From Neocallimastix sp. 'constans' (Eukaryota), in contig JBODTK010000114.1 in the NCBI GenBank assembly GCA_050613775.1, positions 310,001 to 374,000 on the forward strand: a stretch of 64,000 nucleotides of DNA, read 5' to 3'. Positions 1-11,745 of the stretch are shown in pieces. Made by a program: the position numbers and the translations under genes. Position 1 is the stretch's first letter. Each line of letters starts with the position of its first letter. Below the pieces are notes generated by a model. It worked only from the letters and a program-made list of their open reading frames with translations. It was not told the origin of the DNA and searched no databases.

Positions 1-590
1 TTAAATTCTAATTTTTTTTTTAATTGCTAAAAAAAAAAAGAAAGAAATTATATAAATAATTTGTTATAAACTGAATAATGCTAGTTTTAAATTGTTTTTT
101 AATATTTTAAAATTCATTGCTTTATATGTATATTTTTAATCGAACGACATAATAATAAGCTTTTAATTTTCATTGTTTTTTTTTTTTTTTTTGTGTAATT
201 TTAATTTTAAATTTGACTTTAATTTTAATTTTCTATTTATATATATATATATATATTATTTTATTTTTATTTTTTTTTTTATTTTCTATTTAAATATATA
301 TATATATATATTTTATTTTATTTTTTTTTTTTTTTGATTTCATAAATTTTTTTCATTTAAAAATATATTTTTTTTATTTAAATATAAAACTAATTTTCAT
401 TATTTTTTTTGATTTTCATAATAAAAATATATTTTTCTTTTTTTTTTTTTTTTTTTGATTTTTTTTAAAATATTTAAAAATATTTTTGGTGTCTATAAAT
501 GAATTAATTATAATAAAATAAATTATATAATATATATAAATTTATTTTATTTCAAATTTATTACTTCTATTATTTTTTTTCGTAATCTGA

Positions 591-1739
591 TTAAGCCCAA
601 ATACCAATAATGGCCATAACAGCTATACCACAATAGAAAGAAATTAATTGAGCATTCTTTCTCATAATAGATCCTTTCTTGAATAAATTAGAATTACAAT
701 GTCTAGAAAGAATATTAACAAGATCATCATAAATAAGAATACCTCCTGCAACAGCATCAATAATACCTTGAGTAGTTAAATAAACTTTATCAGTGGATTC
801 AATGGCATTACGAATAAGAATTCCAATAACTCCTCCAATTGGTAAAGTTAAGGAATAAACAACAATCATAATAATAATAGCTGTAAAACGTTTGAAATGA
901 GCTTCAATGAAAACAGATGAAAGAGAAACTCCTTCAAAGAATTGATGGAAAATTAAGGCTATCATTAAAACAATAAGTTCTTCATCATTGGTCATTCCAA
1001 AAGCAATACCAATTAAAATGGAATGAAGAGAAATACCAATTTCTAATAAATAACAAATAATTTGTTTTTCTTTATTTTCCATCATATGTAAAATACCATG
1101 TTGTTCTTCAGCACATCCATCAACAGCAGAAACTACTTCCTTTTTATTATTCATTGTATGATATTTCTTTTCTTCAGCATTACTCTCATTAGAATCAACA
1201 GAGATAGAAACTGAACTTTCTGATGATTTCTTACTAAGATCATGATCATTATTCTTGTAAAGGAAATGACTAGTATAAACTTGAATAACATGAGTAAGAA
1301 TAATACCAAGAATAGCAAATACACCAGCAAATGAAGTATATTTTTCATAGAAAATTTCATATGTATATTCACTAGTTAAAATTTGACCAGCTGGAATAAC
1401 CATATGGATGAAAGCAACAGCTAAAATAACACCGGTACCGAAAAGTTTAATACAGCTAAAAAGAAGAGTATCTTCTCTGAAGAATGATTTTTTTCTAAAG
1501 ATAATTGGAAGGATGGTACCAAGAAATGAACATAATAAAACAGCAGCAATACCAATAAAAGATACACTCAATGGATAAGTTTTTCCTTCATGTTCATGTT
1601 CATGATCGTGTACTTCACCTTCACCTTCATGTTCATGTTCATGTTCTTCACCTTCTTCATCATCATGATGATGAATTCCATGAGCCCAAATTAATTGGGT
1701 AAACATAAAAACGTAAAAAAGAAATTGATAACTCTTCAT
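591..1739 (-). CDS. ZIP family (Zrt/Irt-like) zinc transporter, copy 1, intronless
   Basis: 382-aa ORF with a signal-like N-terminus, a His/Glu-rich tract (HGIHHHDDEEGEEHEHEHE), KLFGTGVILAVAFIHM, LEIGISLHSILIG, FHQFFEG and C-terminal IIGIWA. These are motifs of fungal and plant ZIP transporters. Confidence 0.95.
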   Translation of the reverse strand: MKSYQFLFYVFMFTQLIWAHGIHHHDDEEGEEHEHEHEGEGEVHDHEHEHEGKTYPLSVSFIGIAAVLLCSFLGTILPIIFRKKSFFREDTLLFSCIKLFGTGVILAVAFIHMVIPAGQILTSEYTYEIFYEKYTSFAGVFAILGIILTHVIQVYTSHFLYKNNDHDLSKKSSESSVSISVDSNESNAEEKKYHTMNNKKEVVSAVDGCAEEQHGILHMMENKEKQIICYLLEIGISLHSILIGIAFGMTNDEELIVLMIALIFHQFFEGVSLSSVFIEAHFKRFTAIIIMIVVYSLTLPIGGVIGILIRNAIESTDKVYLTTQGIIDAVAGGILIYDDLVNILSRHCNSNLFKKGSIMRKNAQLISFYCGIAVMAIIGIWA

Positions 1740-2342
1740 TTCTAAACTAACTTTACTTCTCTATTTATACTTTATTATTTTTCTTTTTTTCTTTCTTTAG
1801 TAGACCTTATATAATTATAATAATCAATACTAGATTATTTTAAAAATGTAAAGTCTAATTTTAAAAAATAAAAAAAATTTTATTTACTTTCTTAAATAAT
1901 AAATTTTTATTAGTGATAAAAAAAAAAGGTATAAAACGTTCATATTTATACTTTTTTCATTATATATATATATTTATATATATATTTATATGTATTTAGT
2001 ATTTTATAATTTTTTTTTTTTTTAATGTATAATAATTAAATGAATTTAATTATAATTAAATAATATCTAATAAATTTTAAATGATAATGTTTGTTCAATT
2101 ATTATCACTAATTAATTTAAACTTAATATATACAATATATTTGTAATAATTATTATTTATAATATCTAACTCATAAACTGTAAATATTAAATTTACCTTT
2201 TTTTTTATAAATATATATTATTTTTAACACGTTTTTATTTTTCCTAACAATTAAAAAAAAATTATTAATCAAAATTTTTTAGTGTGATATTAAAAATATA
2301 TATCTATGAAAAGATACACAGTGTAGTACAAAATCTAATCAT

Positions 2343-2362
2343 AAAAACTTTAAATTTCGTTA
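2343..2362 (-). promoter_or_regulatory. Recurring ZIP-upstream motif (candidate zinc-responsive element)
   Basis: Reverse complement TAACGAAATTTAAAGTTTTT, about 600 bp upstream of the copy 1 ATG. Confidence 0.45.
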
Positions 2363-3169
2363 TTTTTAATATATAATTACTTCGATTATTTATTCAATAT
2401 TTATATTACAAGAAAAATAATAATAATAAATAATAATATTTTTTGTTTGTTTATGTATTTTTTTCTATCTGGAAACTTTATTTTATATTTTTTAATTTTA
2501 AAATAATAAATCACTTTAATATATAGCATTTAAACCTATAATACTATTACTTGTAAATAATATAATTTTCATTATATTATATAAAAGAAAAATGAAAATA
2601 TATTTGATCACTTTATTTTTTTTTTCTTCATTATAATAAAGGAATGAATTATATATTGATATGTATAAAATAATTGTATCTATAAAAAATATTTATTGTT
2701 AATAATTCTATCTATAAAAAAAATTTGTTAAATATAAAGTATCCTTTTTTTTTTTTTTTTTTTAATATTAAATATTTACTATAAATTTATTTATAAGTAT
2801 TCTGTACTGGATAATTATTCCATATTTAATTGTGTAATGTTTGAATATTTATAATAATTGTAATAGTAAATAAATTAATATGAATATATATATTAATTAA
2901 TTCCCATTTATTAATATATTAACTTCAAATAGAATATACGGATATAAAAAAATTAAATAAAGAAATAGAATTATATTTAAGAAATATATAACATATAATA
3001 TATTATTAAATAATTTCTAATTTAAAAAAAAAAGGAATTTGAAAGTTATTGAATAAATTTATCCTTATAAATTTTTATAATATATTTATAAATTTTCAAA
3101 AAAAAAAATAATAATAATTTATATATAAATTTTTAATAAGCAATTTTATCTCTTTCCTTTTTTGTATTT

Positions 3170-3411
3170 TATTATTATTATTATTATTATTTATTATTAT
3201 TATTATTACTATTACTATTATTATTATTAATTATTATTATTAATTATTATTTATTATTATTATTATTATTATTATATTATTATTATTACTATTACTATTA
3301 TTATTATTAATTATTATTATTAATTATTATTATTACTATTACTATTATTATTATTAATTATTATTATTAATTATTATTATTAATTATTATTATTAATTAT
3401 TATTATTATTA

Positions 3412-3448
<37 letters not shown>

Positions 3449-3535
3449 ATTATTATTATTATTTATTAATATTATTATTATTTATTATTATTATTTATTA
3501 TTATTATTATTGTTTATTATTATTATTATTATTAT
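3170..3535. repeat. Imperfect (ATT)n microsatellite between the divergent ZIP genes
   Basis: About 360 bp of ATT/ACT triplets. Confidence 0.95.
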
Positions 3536-3626
3536 TGTTTATGAATTTAATTTTTATTTCATTCACTTCATCTTTAAATCCCTTTTTAAAATAAATTATA
3601 ATACTTTATTATTTAAAATATATATG

Positions 3627-3669
<43 letters not shown>

Positions 3670-3738
3670 ATTTTTTTATTCGATACAATTTAATATATTG
3701 TAAATTTTTATGATAAAATTTCAAATTTTAAATTATTA

Positions 3739-3769
3739 TTGCGAATTTAAAGTTTTTAGAGTTGTGTAA
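3739..3769 (+). promoter_or_regulatory. Recurring ZIP-upstream motif, extended form
   Basis: TTGCGAATTTAAAGTTTTTAGAGTTGTGTAA, about 790 bp upstream of the copy 2 ATG. Confidence 0.55.
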
Positions 3770-4556
3770 TGTACAAAATATCTTAATATTATTATTAAAA
3801 TTGATTTTAACATAAATCATAAATTAAAATTTATCCATAGAAAGTGATTTATGTTAAGGAATAATTTTAACACAAAATCATAGTTTATTAACTATAAAAA
3901 ATATATTAATATAATATTAAAAATAAAAATATATATATATATTATATATATATATATTAAAACTTTGAATAATTTAATATTATTATATAATAATATTAAT
4001 AATATTAGTAAAAAAAAAAAAAAAATATTAAATAAAAAAAAATCTAATACTATATATTATTATATCAATGCAAAAAAAAAAAAATTTAATATTAAATATG
4101 CTAATTTAAAAATCTCCATATTAGTTTAATATAAATTATATTATTTATATTGTAATTTAAATATAATCTAAATTATTTTTCATATATAATATAAACTATT
4201 AATAATATGTATAATAATATTCAAAACTTTTAAATCTTTAAAAAAAAAATATTATTATAAATATATATTATATTCATTTTTTTTTTAATTTTTTTTTTCT
4301 TTTTTTTTTTTTAAATTATATATAAAATAAATATTTATATGTATAATCATATTATTTATTACACATAATGTAAAATTAAGTAGTTAAAAAAATCGTTTAA
4401 AAATAACAGCTAAAATAATATATAGAATAATAAATAATAATATTAATAAATATTAATAATAAATAATAATAATAATAATATTAAAATTAAAATAATTGTT
4501 AATTATTCTAAACATTGAGGTATAACAACAAAAAAAAAATATTAATAATAAACAAA

Positions 4557-5699
4557 ATGAAATACTATCAATTCCTTTTCTTTATGGACTTGTTTTCCCA
4601 ATTGGTTTGGACTCATGGAATTCATCATAATCATGAAGAAGGTGAAGAAGATGTCCATGAACACGAACATGAACGAGAGCATGAAGGAAAAATTTATCCA
4701 ATGAGTGCTAATATTGGTGGAATCCTTGCCATTTTATATTGTTCCTTCCTTGGTACCATTCTTCCTATTATTTTTAAAAAGAAATACTCATTAAAAGAAG
4801 ATAGTCTTATTTTCAGTTGTATTAAACTTCTTGGTACTGGTGTTATTTTAGCTGTTGCTTTTATTCATATGATTATTCCAGCTGGTCAAATTTTAACTAG
4901 TGAATATACTTATGAAATTTTTAATGAAAAATATATTTCATTTACTGGTGTATTTGTTATATTTGGTATTATCCTTACTCATATTATTCAAATTTACACT
5001 AGTCATTACCTTTATAAGAATAGTGGTCATAATCTTCATGATTATTCTTCAGAAAATTCTGTTTCTCTTTCAGTTGATTCTGATAGCAATAAAAATGAAA
5101 ATGGTGATATTTCAGAAGAAAGAATTTATCATAATAAGAATAATAAGAAGATTTATGTTTCTGCTGTTGATGGATGTGCTGAAGAGCAACATGGTCTTTT
5201 ACATATGATGGAAAACAAAGAAAAACAAATAATATGTTATTTATTAGAGATTGGTATTTCTATTCATTCCGTTTTAATTGGTATTGCATTTGGTATGACA
5301 AATAATGAAGAACTCCTTCCACTAATGGTTGCTTTAGTATTTCATCAATTCTTTGAAGGTGTTTCTCTTTCATCTGTTTTCATTGAAGCTCGTTTTAAAC
5401 GTTCTGTTGCTATAACTACAATGATTATTATTTATACTTTAACTTTACCATTTGGAGCAGTCATTGGATTACTTATTCGTAATGCTATTGAATCCACGGA
5501 TAAAGTTTATTTAACTTCCCAAGGTATTATTGATGCAATTGCTGGAGGTATTCTTATTTATGATGATCTTGTTAATATTCTTTCTAGACATTGTAACTCA
5601 GAATTATTTAGAAAGGGATCACTTTTAAGAAAGAATACTCAGCTATTTTGTTTCTATTGTGGTATTGCAATTATGGCTGTCATTGGTATATGGGCATAA
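4557..5699 (+). CDS. ZIP family zinc transporter, copy 2 (most divergent), intronless
   Basis: Same ZIP motifs. Start moved from the track's 4515 to the ATG at 4557 (MKYYQFLF), which matches the N-termini of the paralogs. Transcribed divergently from copy 1. Confidence 0.95.
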   Translation: MKYYQFLFFMDLFSQLVWTHGIHHNHEEGEEDVHEHEHEREHEGKIYPMSANIGGILAILYCSFLGTILPIIFKKKYSLKEDSLIFSCIKLLGTGVILAVAFIHMIIPAGQILTSEYTYEIFNEKYISFTGVFVIFGIILTHIIQIYTSHYLYKNSGHNLHDYSSENSVSLSVDSDSNKNENGDISEERIYHNKNNKKIYVSAVDGCAEEQHGLLHMMENKEKQIICYLLEIGISIHSVLIGIAFGMTNNEELLPLMVALVFHQFFEGVSLSSVFIEARFKRSVAITTMIIIYTLTLPFGAVIGLLIRNAIESTDKVYLTSQGIIDAIAGGILIYDDLVNILSRHCNSELFRKGSLLRKNTQLFCFYCGIAIMAVIGIWA

Positions 5700-5757
5700 A
5701 AAAAATGAAAAGACATATTTTAGAATTTATAAAAAAAAAAATAAATAAATAAAATAA

Positions 5758-5788
<31 letters not shown>

Positions 5789-6895
5789 TAAAAATATTCT
5801 TATCATACATATATCCTCATTTTTATTTATATTTTATAATTTTTTTTCTCTTTAATAATAAGAGAAATAAAATAATTTTGTTAATTAAAATAAAAAAAAA
5901 AAAAAATTAAAATAAGAAAAAAAATGTAATATAATATTTAAAATAAAAATTTATAACAAATATTAAAATAATAATATACATATATATTTAAGAAATAAAA
6001 AAAAAAAATAAAAAAAATAAATATTAAATTATTTTAATAGGTATAATTTCAATAATAATTTGTGCTGTAGTTGAATAACAGTAAAAATCAATATTGAAAT
6101 ATAATAATAATAAAATAGTTATTTTAATAATAATTAATATAACTCTATTTTTATTATGAATATAAATAAAAACAATAAATAAAAATAAATAAATAAATAT
6201 TGTACTATAATAATACGAAGTTTTCCAATAAAAATTCAATTATCAATTGCTTTAAATTTATAAATTTTGTTACACAAGCATATTTTTTTTTTTTTTTTTT
6301 TATAAATTAATTTATTGATAAATATTATTAACATTTAATATAATAGTAGTTATAAATATTTTAATTCGTTTAATTAAAAAAATAATATTTAATTATTCAG
6401 ATTTTTAAAATAAAAAAAAAAAAAAAAATTTAATGTAAAAATTTTTTTATATATTTTAAAGTATATTATTTTTTTTTCTATAATATATACACTATTTAAA
6501 ATATTTAAATGAATAATAACTACTATAATTTATATTTATTTATTTAAATATATATATTTGCTTAAATAATAATTTTAATGTATATTTTAATACTTTTTTT
6601 AAATATATAATATATATTTTTTAATTTTTTTTTATATAAATATTAATAAATATATTATTAAATATTTCAATTTATGAATATAATAATAATTATTGTTTTA
6701 TCTTTTTTTTTTTTTTCAAAAAAAAAATTAAATTTTTAAATATTATAAAAATTTAAATTGAATGATAAAACAATTCTTTTTGATTTTGTTTTATTATTAT
6801 TGATATAACATTTTAATAAATTTGATAATAAAATAAAATTATAAAAAATAATTAAGTTGAATTACTCCCCTCCTTTATAACATTATTATGTTTAC

Positions 6896-8053
6896 TTAAG
6901 CCCAAATACCAATAATGGCCATAACAGCTATACCACAATAGAAAGAAATTAATTGAGCATTCTTTCTCATAATAGATCCTTTCTTGAATAAATTAGAATT
7001 ACAATGTCTAGAAAGAATATTAACAAGATCATCATAAATAAGAATACCTCCTGCAACTGCATCAATAATACCTTGAGTAGTTAAATAAACTTTATCAGTG
7101 GATTCAATAGCATTACGAATAAGAATTCCAATAACTCCTCCAATTGGTAAAGTTAAGGAATAAACAACAATCATAATAATAATAGCTGTAAAACGTTTGA
7201 AATGAGCTTCAATGAAAACAGATGAAAGAGAAACTCCTTCAAAGAATTGATGGAAAATTAAGGCTATCATTAAAACAATAAGTTCTTCATCGTTGGTCAT
7301 TCCAAATGCAATACCAATTAAAATGGAATGAAGAGAAATACCAATTTCTAATAAATAACAAATAATTTGTTTTTCTTTATTTTCCATCATATGTAAAATA
7401 CCATGTTGTTCTTCAGCACATCCATCAACAGCAGAAACTACTTCCTTTTTATTATTCATTTTATGATATTTCTTTTCCTCTGTAATATCACCAATATCGG
7501 AATCAATAGAAAGAGAAACTGAACTTTCTGATGATTTCTTACTAAGATCATGATCATTATTCTTGTAAAGGAAATGACTAGTATAAACTTGAATAACATG
7601 AGTAAGAATAATACCAAGAATAGCAAATACACCAGCAAATGAAGTATATTTTTCATTGAAAATTTCATAAGTATATTCACTAGTTAAAATTTGACCAGCT
7701 GGAATAACCATATGGATGAAAGCAACAGCTAAAATAACACCGGTACCGAAAAGTTTAATACAGCTAAAAAGAAGAGTATCTTCTCTGAAGAATGACTTTT
7801 TTCTAAAGATAATTGGAAGGATGGTACCAAGAAATGAACATAATAAAACAGCAGCAATACCAATAAAAGATACACTCAATGGATAAGTTTTTCCTTCATG
7901 TTCATGTTCATGATCGTGTACTTCACCTTCACCTTCATGTTCATGTTCATGTTCATGTTCTTCACCTTCTTCATGATCATGATGATGAATTCCATGAGCC
8001 CAAATTAATTGGGTAAGCATAAAAACGTAAAAAAGAAATTGGTAGTACTTCAT
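6896..8053 (-). CDS. ZIP family zinc transporter, copy 3, intronless
   Basis: 385-aa ORF nearly identical to copy 1 except for the cytoplasmic loop and the length of the (HE)n tract. Confidence 0.95.
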   Translation of the reverse strand: MKYYQFLFYVFMLTQLIWAHGIHHHDHEEGEEHEHEHEHEGEGEVHDHEHEHEGKTYPLSVSFIGIAAVLLCSFLGTILPIIFRKKSFFREDTLLFSCIKLFGTGVILAVAFIHMVIPAGQILTSEYTYEIFNEKYTSFAGVFAILGIILTHVIQVYTSHFLYKNNDHDLSKKSSESSVSLSIDSDIGDITEEKKYHKMNNKKEVVSAVDGCAEEQHGILHMMENKEKQIICYLLEIGISLHSILIGIAFGMTNDEELIVLMIALIFHQFFEGVSLSSVFIEAHFKRFTAIIIMIVVYSLTLPIGGVIGILIRNAIESTDKVYLTTQGIIDAVAGGILIYDDLVNILSRHCNSNLFKKGSIMRKNAQLISFYCGIAVMAIIGIWA

Positions 8054-8594
8054 TTTAGATTAATCTTTTTTTCTTTTTTTCTTTTAATTCTTTTACAAGT
8101 TTTATTTTATTAAATTTTTATTTAATAACAATTATACTTTATTTTAGCGTAATTACTATTAATTAACTTATTAAAATGAATAATTCTTTAATTATTTTTT
8201 ATAATTCTTTTTTTTTATTATTTTTTTTTATTCTATTTTGATTTGATAAAAATACAAAAGGAAAAAGGACAAGTATTTATACTTTGAAAGATTAAAAAAA
8301 ACTAAACAAAATTTTTATTTTATTTAATTTTGTTTTTTTTTTTTTTTAAATATTATATAATATTAAACTATTGAATAATAAATCACCTTTAATAATGAAA
8401 ATAAAAACTATTAATTTTTCCTAATATATTTTTATTATTATTGTTTATATATTATGTTATTATTTATAAAATAAAATCAAATAAAAATATGATTAATTTT
8501 TCTAAAAATTTTATAAATGATATTATTTATTATATATATTATATATATTTAATATATTAAAATTATACTATAATAAAAATAAATATATATATTT

Positions 8595-8631
<37 letters not shown>

Positions 8632-8638
<7 letters not shown>

Positions 8639-8650
8639 TTAAATTTGTAA
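8632..8650 (-). promoter_or_regulatory. Recurring ZIP-upstream motif
   Basis: Reverse complement TTACAAATTTAAAGTTTTT, about 580 bp upstream of the copy 3 ATG. One end merges with a poly-A run. Confidence 0.4.
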
Positions 8651-9255
8651 TTTTTTATATTATATAAAATTTGTTTATTATTGTAAGAAAGGGAAATAAT
8701 TTTTATGTATTATCATTAATATATAATCTAATGATTAATATACATTTTATCCATTATATTAGTATTATTAATATTATTATTATATTCTTTAAATTCATAA
8801 TATTTAAATTGAAAACAGTACAAATGATTGAATATAAATTATATATTTATTACCTCAAAATAAATTATATATTAGATTATAAATTCCAAAAAAAAAAAAA
8901 AAAAAAGAAAAAAAAGATAAATTAAAGAAAAAAAAAATGCAATAAAGTAATTTTACAGTAAAGGTCTGATATATATCAAAATAATAACCTATAATTATAT
9001 ATATGAAAGTCATCGATTTATGATTTTTTATTTATTTAATATTATTAGATTAAAAAATTAAATTCTGTTTTATTTAATTATATTATTTAAAAAAAAAATA
9101 CATATAATATAATAATAATAATATATATATATAATAATAATAATATATAAATATTTAAATTATTAAATGATTTAAATATACACAATTTTCTTTTTTTTTT
9201 TATTAAATATAATTAAAAGATAATTCGTTATAAAATTAATTAAAATTAAAAATCA

Positions 9256-9283
9256 TTGCTAATTTAAAGTTTTTAGAGTTGTG
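9256..9283 (+). promoter_or_regulatory. Recurring ZIP-upstream motif, extended form
   Basis: TTGCTAATTTAAAGTTTTTAGAGTTGTG, 27/28 identical to the 3739 copy. Confidence 0.55.
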
Positions 9284-9721
9284 CTACGTTAAAAATTTTT
9301 TTGTTTTAATAAATTATCAAAATTAAAAAAATTCTGTAGTAAAATAAAAAAAAAAAAACATTTAATAAAATATTTAATCTAATTTATTATATTTATTATA
9401 TTTATTATTTAAATTCACATTTTATCAAAAAACATTATTATTATTACTATTATTATTAATATTATTATTTTAAATTACTTATTATAATTTGTAGTATTCC
9501 TTTTTGGATCGTATGAATAAAAATTTTTTGATTATTATCTAAAATAAAGGATACAGCCATCTATATGAAAATATAGTTAATTAATTATTGGAGACTGTTA
9601 ACCAGATAACTTAATATTTAGTGATTAATCAAAATAAAAAAAGGTTGCTTCTTTTTTTTTATATAATATTTTTTATATTCTGTCCCCAGTTTAAAAGAAA
9701 ATAAAAAATAAAAAATGAATT

Positions 9722-9994
9722 AAACTTTATATAGTATTATTGAATGAGGAATTCAAAAGAATTTCAAAAAAAAAAAAAAAAAAAAAACACTATAATTTTT
9801 ATAATATAAAGTTTTACATAAAAATGAAAAAAAATAAAAAATAAAAAAAATACTTAAAATATATTTTCAAATTTTATTATATAAAGTTTAAGTATTTTTT
9901 TTTTATAAATCTTAATTTTATTTTTTTGAAATTCTTTTGAAAATTATTCTTAATACAATAATACTATATATTTATATATATACATTTATTTTTT

Positions 9995-10028
<34 letters not shown>

Positions 10029-10071
10029 AAATTCTTCTGAACATCATTCAATAATATTATATAAAAAGTTT
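9722..10071. repeat. Foldback / MITE-like inverted repeat
   Basis: AAACTTTATATAGTATTATTGAATGA...AGAATTTCAAAA (9722-9770) is inverted relative to TTTTGAAATTCTTCTGAACATCATTCAATAATATTATATAAAAAGTTT (about 10024-10071), and also to a second arm at about 9921-9968. Confidence 0.6.
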
Positions 10072-10159
10072 TATATATTTAATTTAATTTTCAATGATTA
10101 GGTTAAGTCATAAATCAATATAAAAAAAAAAAGTACTTAGAATTTATACATTGTTTTAT

Positions 10160-10234
10160 GCCATGTTGGTCCAGTCGGTTAGGACGATACAGGTCACTGT
10201 AGAGGGCGGGGTTCGAATCCTCGGCATGGCACCA
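10160..10234 (+). tRNA. tRNA-like head (pseudo-tRNA, Asp-like GTC), CCA encoded
   Basis: Acceptor stem GCCATGT/GCATGGC followed by ACCA; D stem GTCC/GGAC; T stem CGGGG/CCTCG with TTCGAAT loop. The anticodon arm TACA-GGTCAC-TGTA has only a 6-nt loop and lacks U33, so it is unlikely to decode. Confidence 0.6.
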
Positions 10235-10607
10235 AATAATCGGATGAGGTTTCTATCCTGGGATATCATGAGACCACACGTGATGTCCATAAGGCTTTCC
10301 CTCAGATGATTATTTCACCCAACCCTGATACTACGCTTTGAATTGAAGCATAGACCTTGATGATTGTAAAATTTCCAATCGCCAATGATTACACCCACTA
10401 GGGAGGAGTTAATGGTTCCGTTCTGATGCTCGTGGTCATTAGAGATATATGTAGGAACGTTAGGAATGCATCTCCGGGCAGTGTGTAACGACGATTGAGA
10501 GCGGCGAAGCTGATACAGTATGCCAATAACTCATCACCTTACAGTTAATTAATAACTGTATGGCCATATGGGAGATGGGTACCCATATGTGCAAGTCTAT
10601 GTTTTTT
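10160..10607 (+). mobile_element. tRNA-derived SINE-like element with structured body and T-tail
   Basis: GC-rich island that begins exactly at tRNA position 1. A-box 10167-10178, B-box GGTTCGAATCC 10210-10220, oligo-T end. Flanked by the perfect direct repeat TTGTTTTAT at 10151-10159 and 10608-10616. Confidence 0.75.
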
Positions 10608-10791
10608 TTGTTTTATATTTATTAAAGTTTTTACATATAATTGATTTGTTTTTGTTAATATATCTTTTTTATTTTATATATTATCCTATTTATTATATAT
10701 AATATACTATTATTTATTAAAATATTTATTTTTTCTTTATTTTATTATTAGTTTTTAACTTGTTAAAAAATCAATTTAATCTTTGAAAGTA

Positions 10792-10822
10792 TTGCTAATT
10801 TAAAGTTTTTAAAGTTGTGTTA
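10792..10822 (+). promoter_or_regulatory. Recurring ZIP-upstream motif, extended form
   Basis: TTGCTAATTTAAAGTTTTTAAAGTTGTGTTA. Confidence 0.5.
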
Positions 10823-11579
10823 CATTACAATTTTTTTAATTTAATATATTAAAAATTTTTTCCGTGTATGATGTTAATAATAATAATAATAATAAATACT
10901 AAATAATAATAAAATTAATAGAAATTAAAAAAGGAATTAAACATAATCAATCTAATTTAAAAAAATTTTTAAATAATGTTTTTAGTATTAATATTGTAAT
11001 ATTATTAAGTATTTTTATTATCATTGTTGTAGTAATTATTATCATTTATAGTAATATGCATTATAATTATTGATAGGATAGTAACATGCATTACTATTAT
11101 CATTAGTAGTAATAATAATGGTCAGAATTATTATTAATAGTAATTGTAATAAATTTAATTATTATTAATATCAACAAATATTAAATAAATTTTAATAAAT
11201 CATTAAAATATTAATAATTTTTTATAATTTCTTATATATAAATATTATTAAATACTTTAATTCTGTATAATGCAAAAATAAATAATATATAAATTCTGTT
11301 TAATATAAAAATAAATAATAAATAAATATCTATTTACTAAGGTACAAAGAAATAATTATTAATATAATTTCATTTTTCTGAATAAATGTATATATTTTAA
11401 TAAATATCAAAATTTTTATTAATTAGTAAGATATTAAAACTTTAATATAAACCTTAAGTTGAATTAAACTTAAATAATATGATTAATACATATATATATT
11501 GGTTAAAATATATTTATTATTTTGTTTTGTTGTTTTACTTTTTTAAATTGAATATCTTTTTTTTTTTTTTTTTTTTTTT

Positions 11580-11745
11580 TTAAGTCCAAAGTATCAGTAA
11601 TGATAATTAATTAATTAAATACATTTATATTAATGGAACCCCTTTCGAATAAACTGGAATTACAATATCAATAAGAAATATCAGTAAAATTATAAAAAAA
11701 ATAAGAATATCACCAACAGTTGCATCAATAATACTTTTATCTATT
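11580..11745 (-). pseudogene. Decayed 3' remnant of a fifth ZIP gene
   Basis: TTAAGTCCAAAGTATCAGTAATG ... GAATAAACTGGAATTACAAT ... AAATAAGAATATCACCAACAGTTGCATCAATAATAC is colinear with the ZIP 3' end TTAAGCCCAAATACCAATAATG ... GAATAAATTAGAATTACAAT ... AAATAAGAATACCTCCTGCAACTGCATCAATAATAC. Confidence 0.7.

Noticed and set aside
10160..10234. Functional tRNA-Asp or TCA suppressor/Sec tRNA
   Set aside because: The anticodon loop is 6 nt without U33. The register that centres TCA gives no stem, and there is no long variable arm.
10317..10330. Telomerase RNA template (CACCCAACCCTGA right after a long stem)
   Set aside because: It contains only one exact AACCCT unit, I could not identify a pseudoknot or CR4/5, and the flanking TSD favours a retroposon. 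Not fully excluded without knowing the telomere repeat.
10340..10520. C/D snoRNA, U3, hammerhead or HDV-like ribozyme in the SINE body
   Set aside because: TGATGA, CTGA and GGCGAA words are present, but I could not build the required box order, rRNA guide or nested pseudoknot. An Infernal or RNArobo search would settle it.
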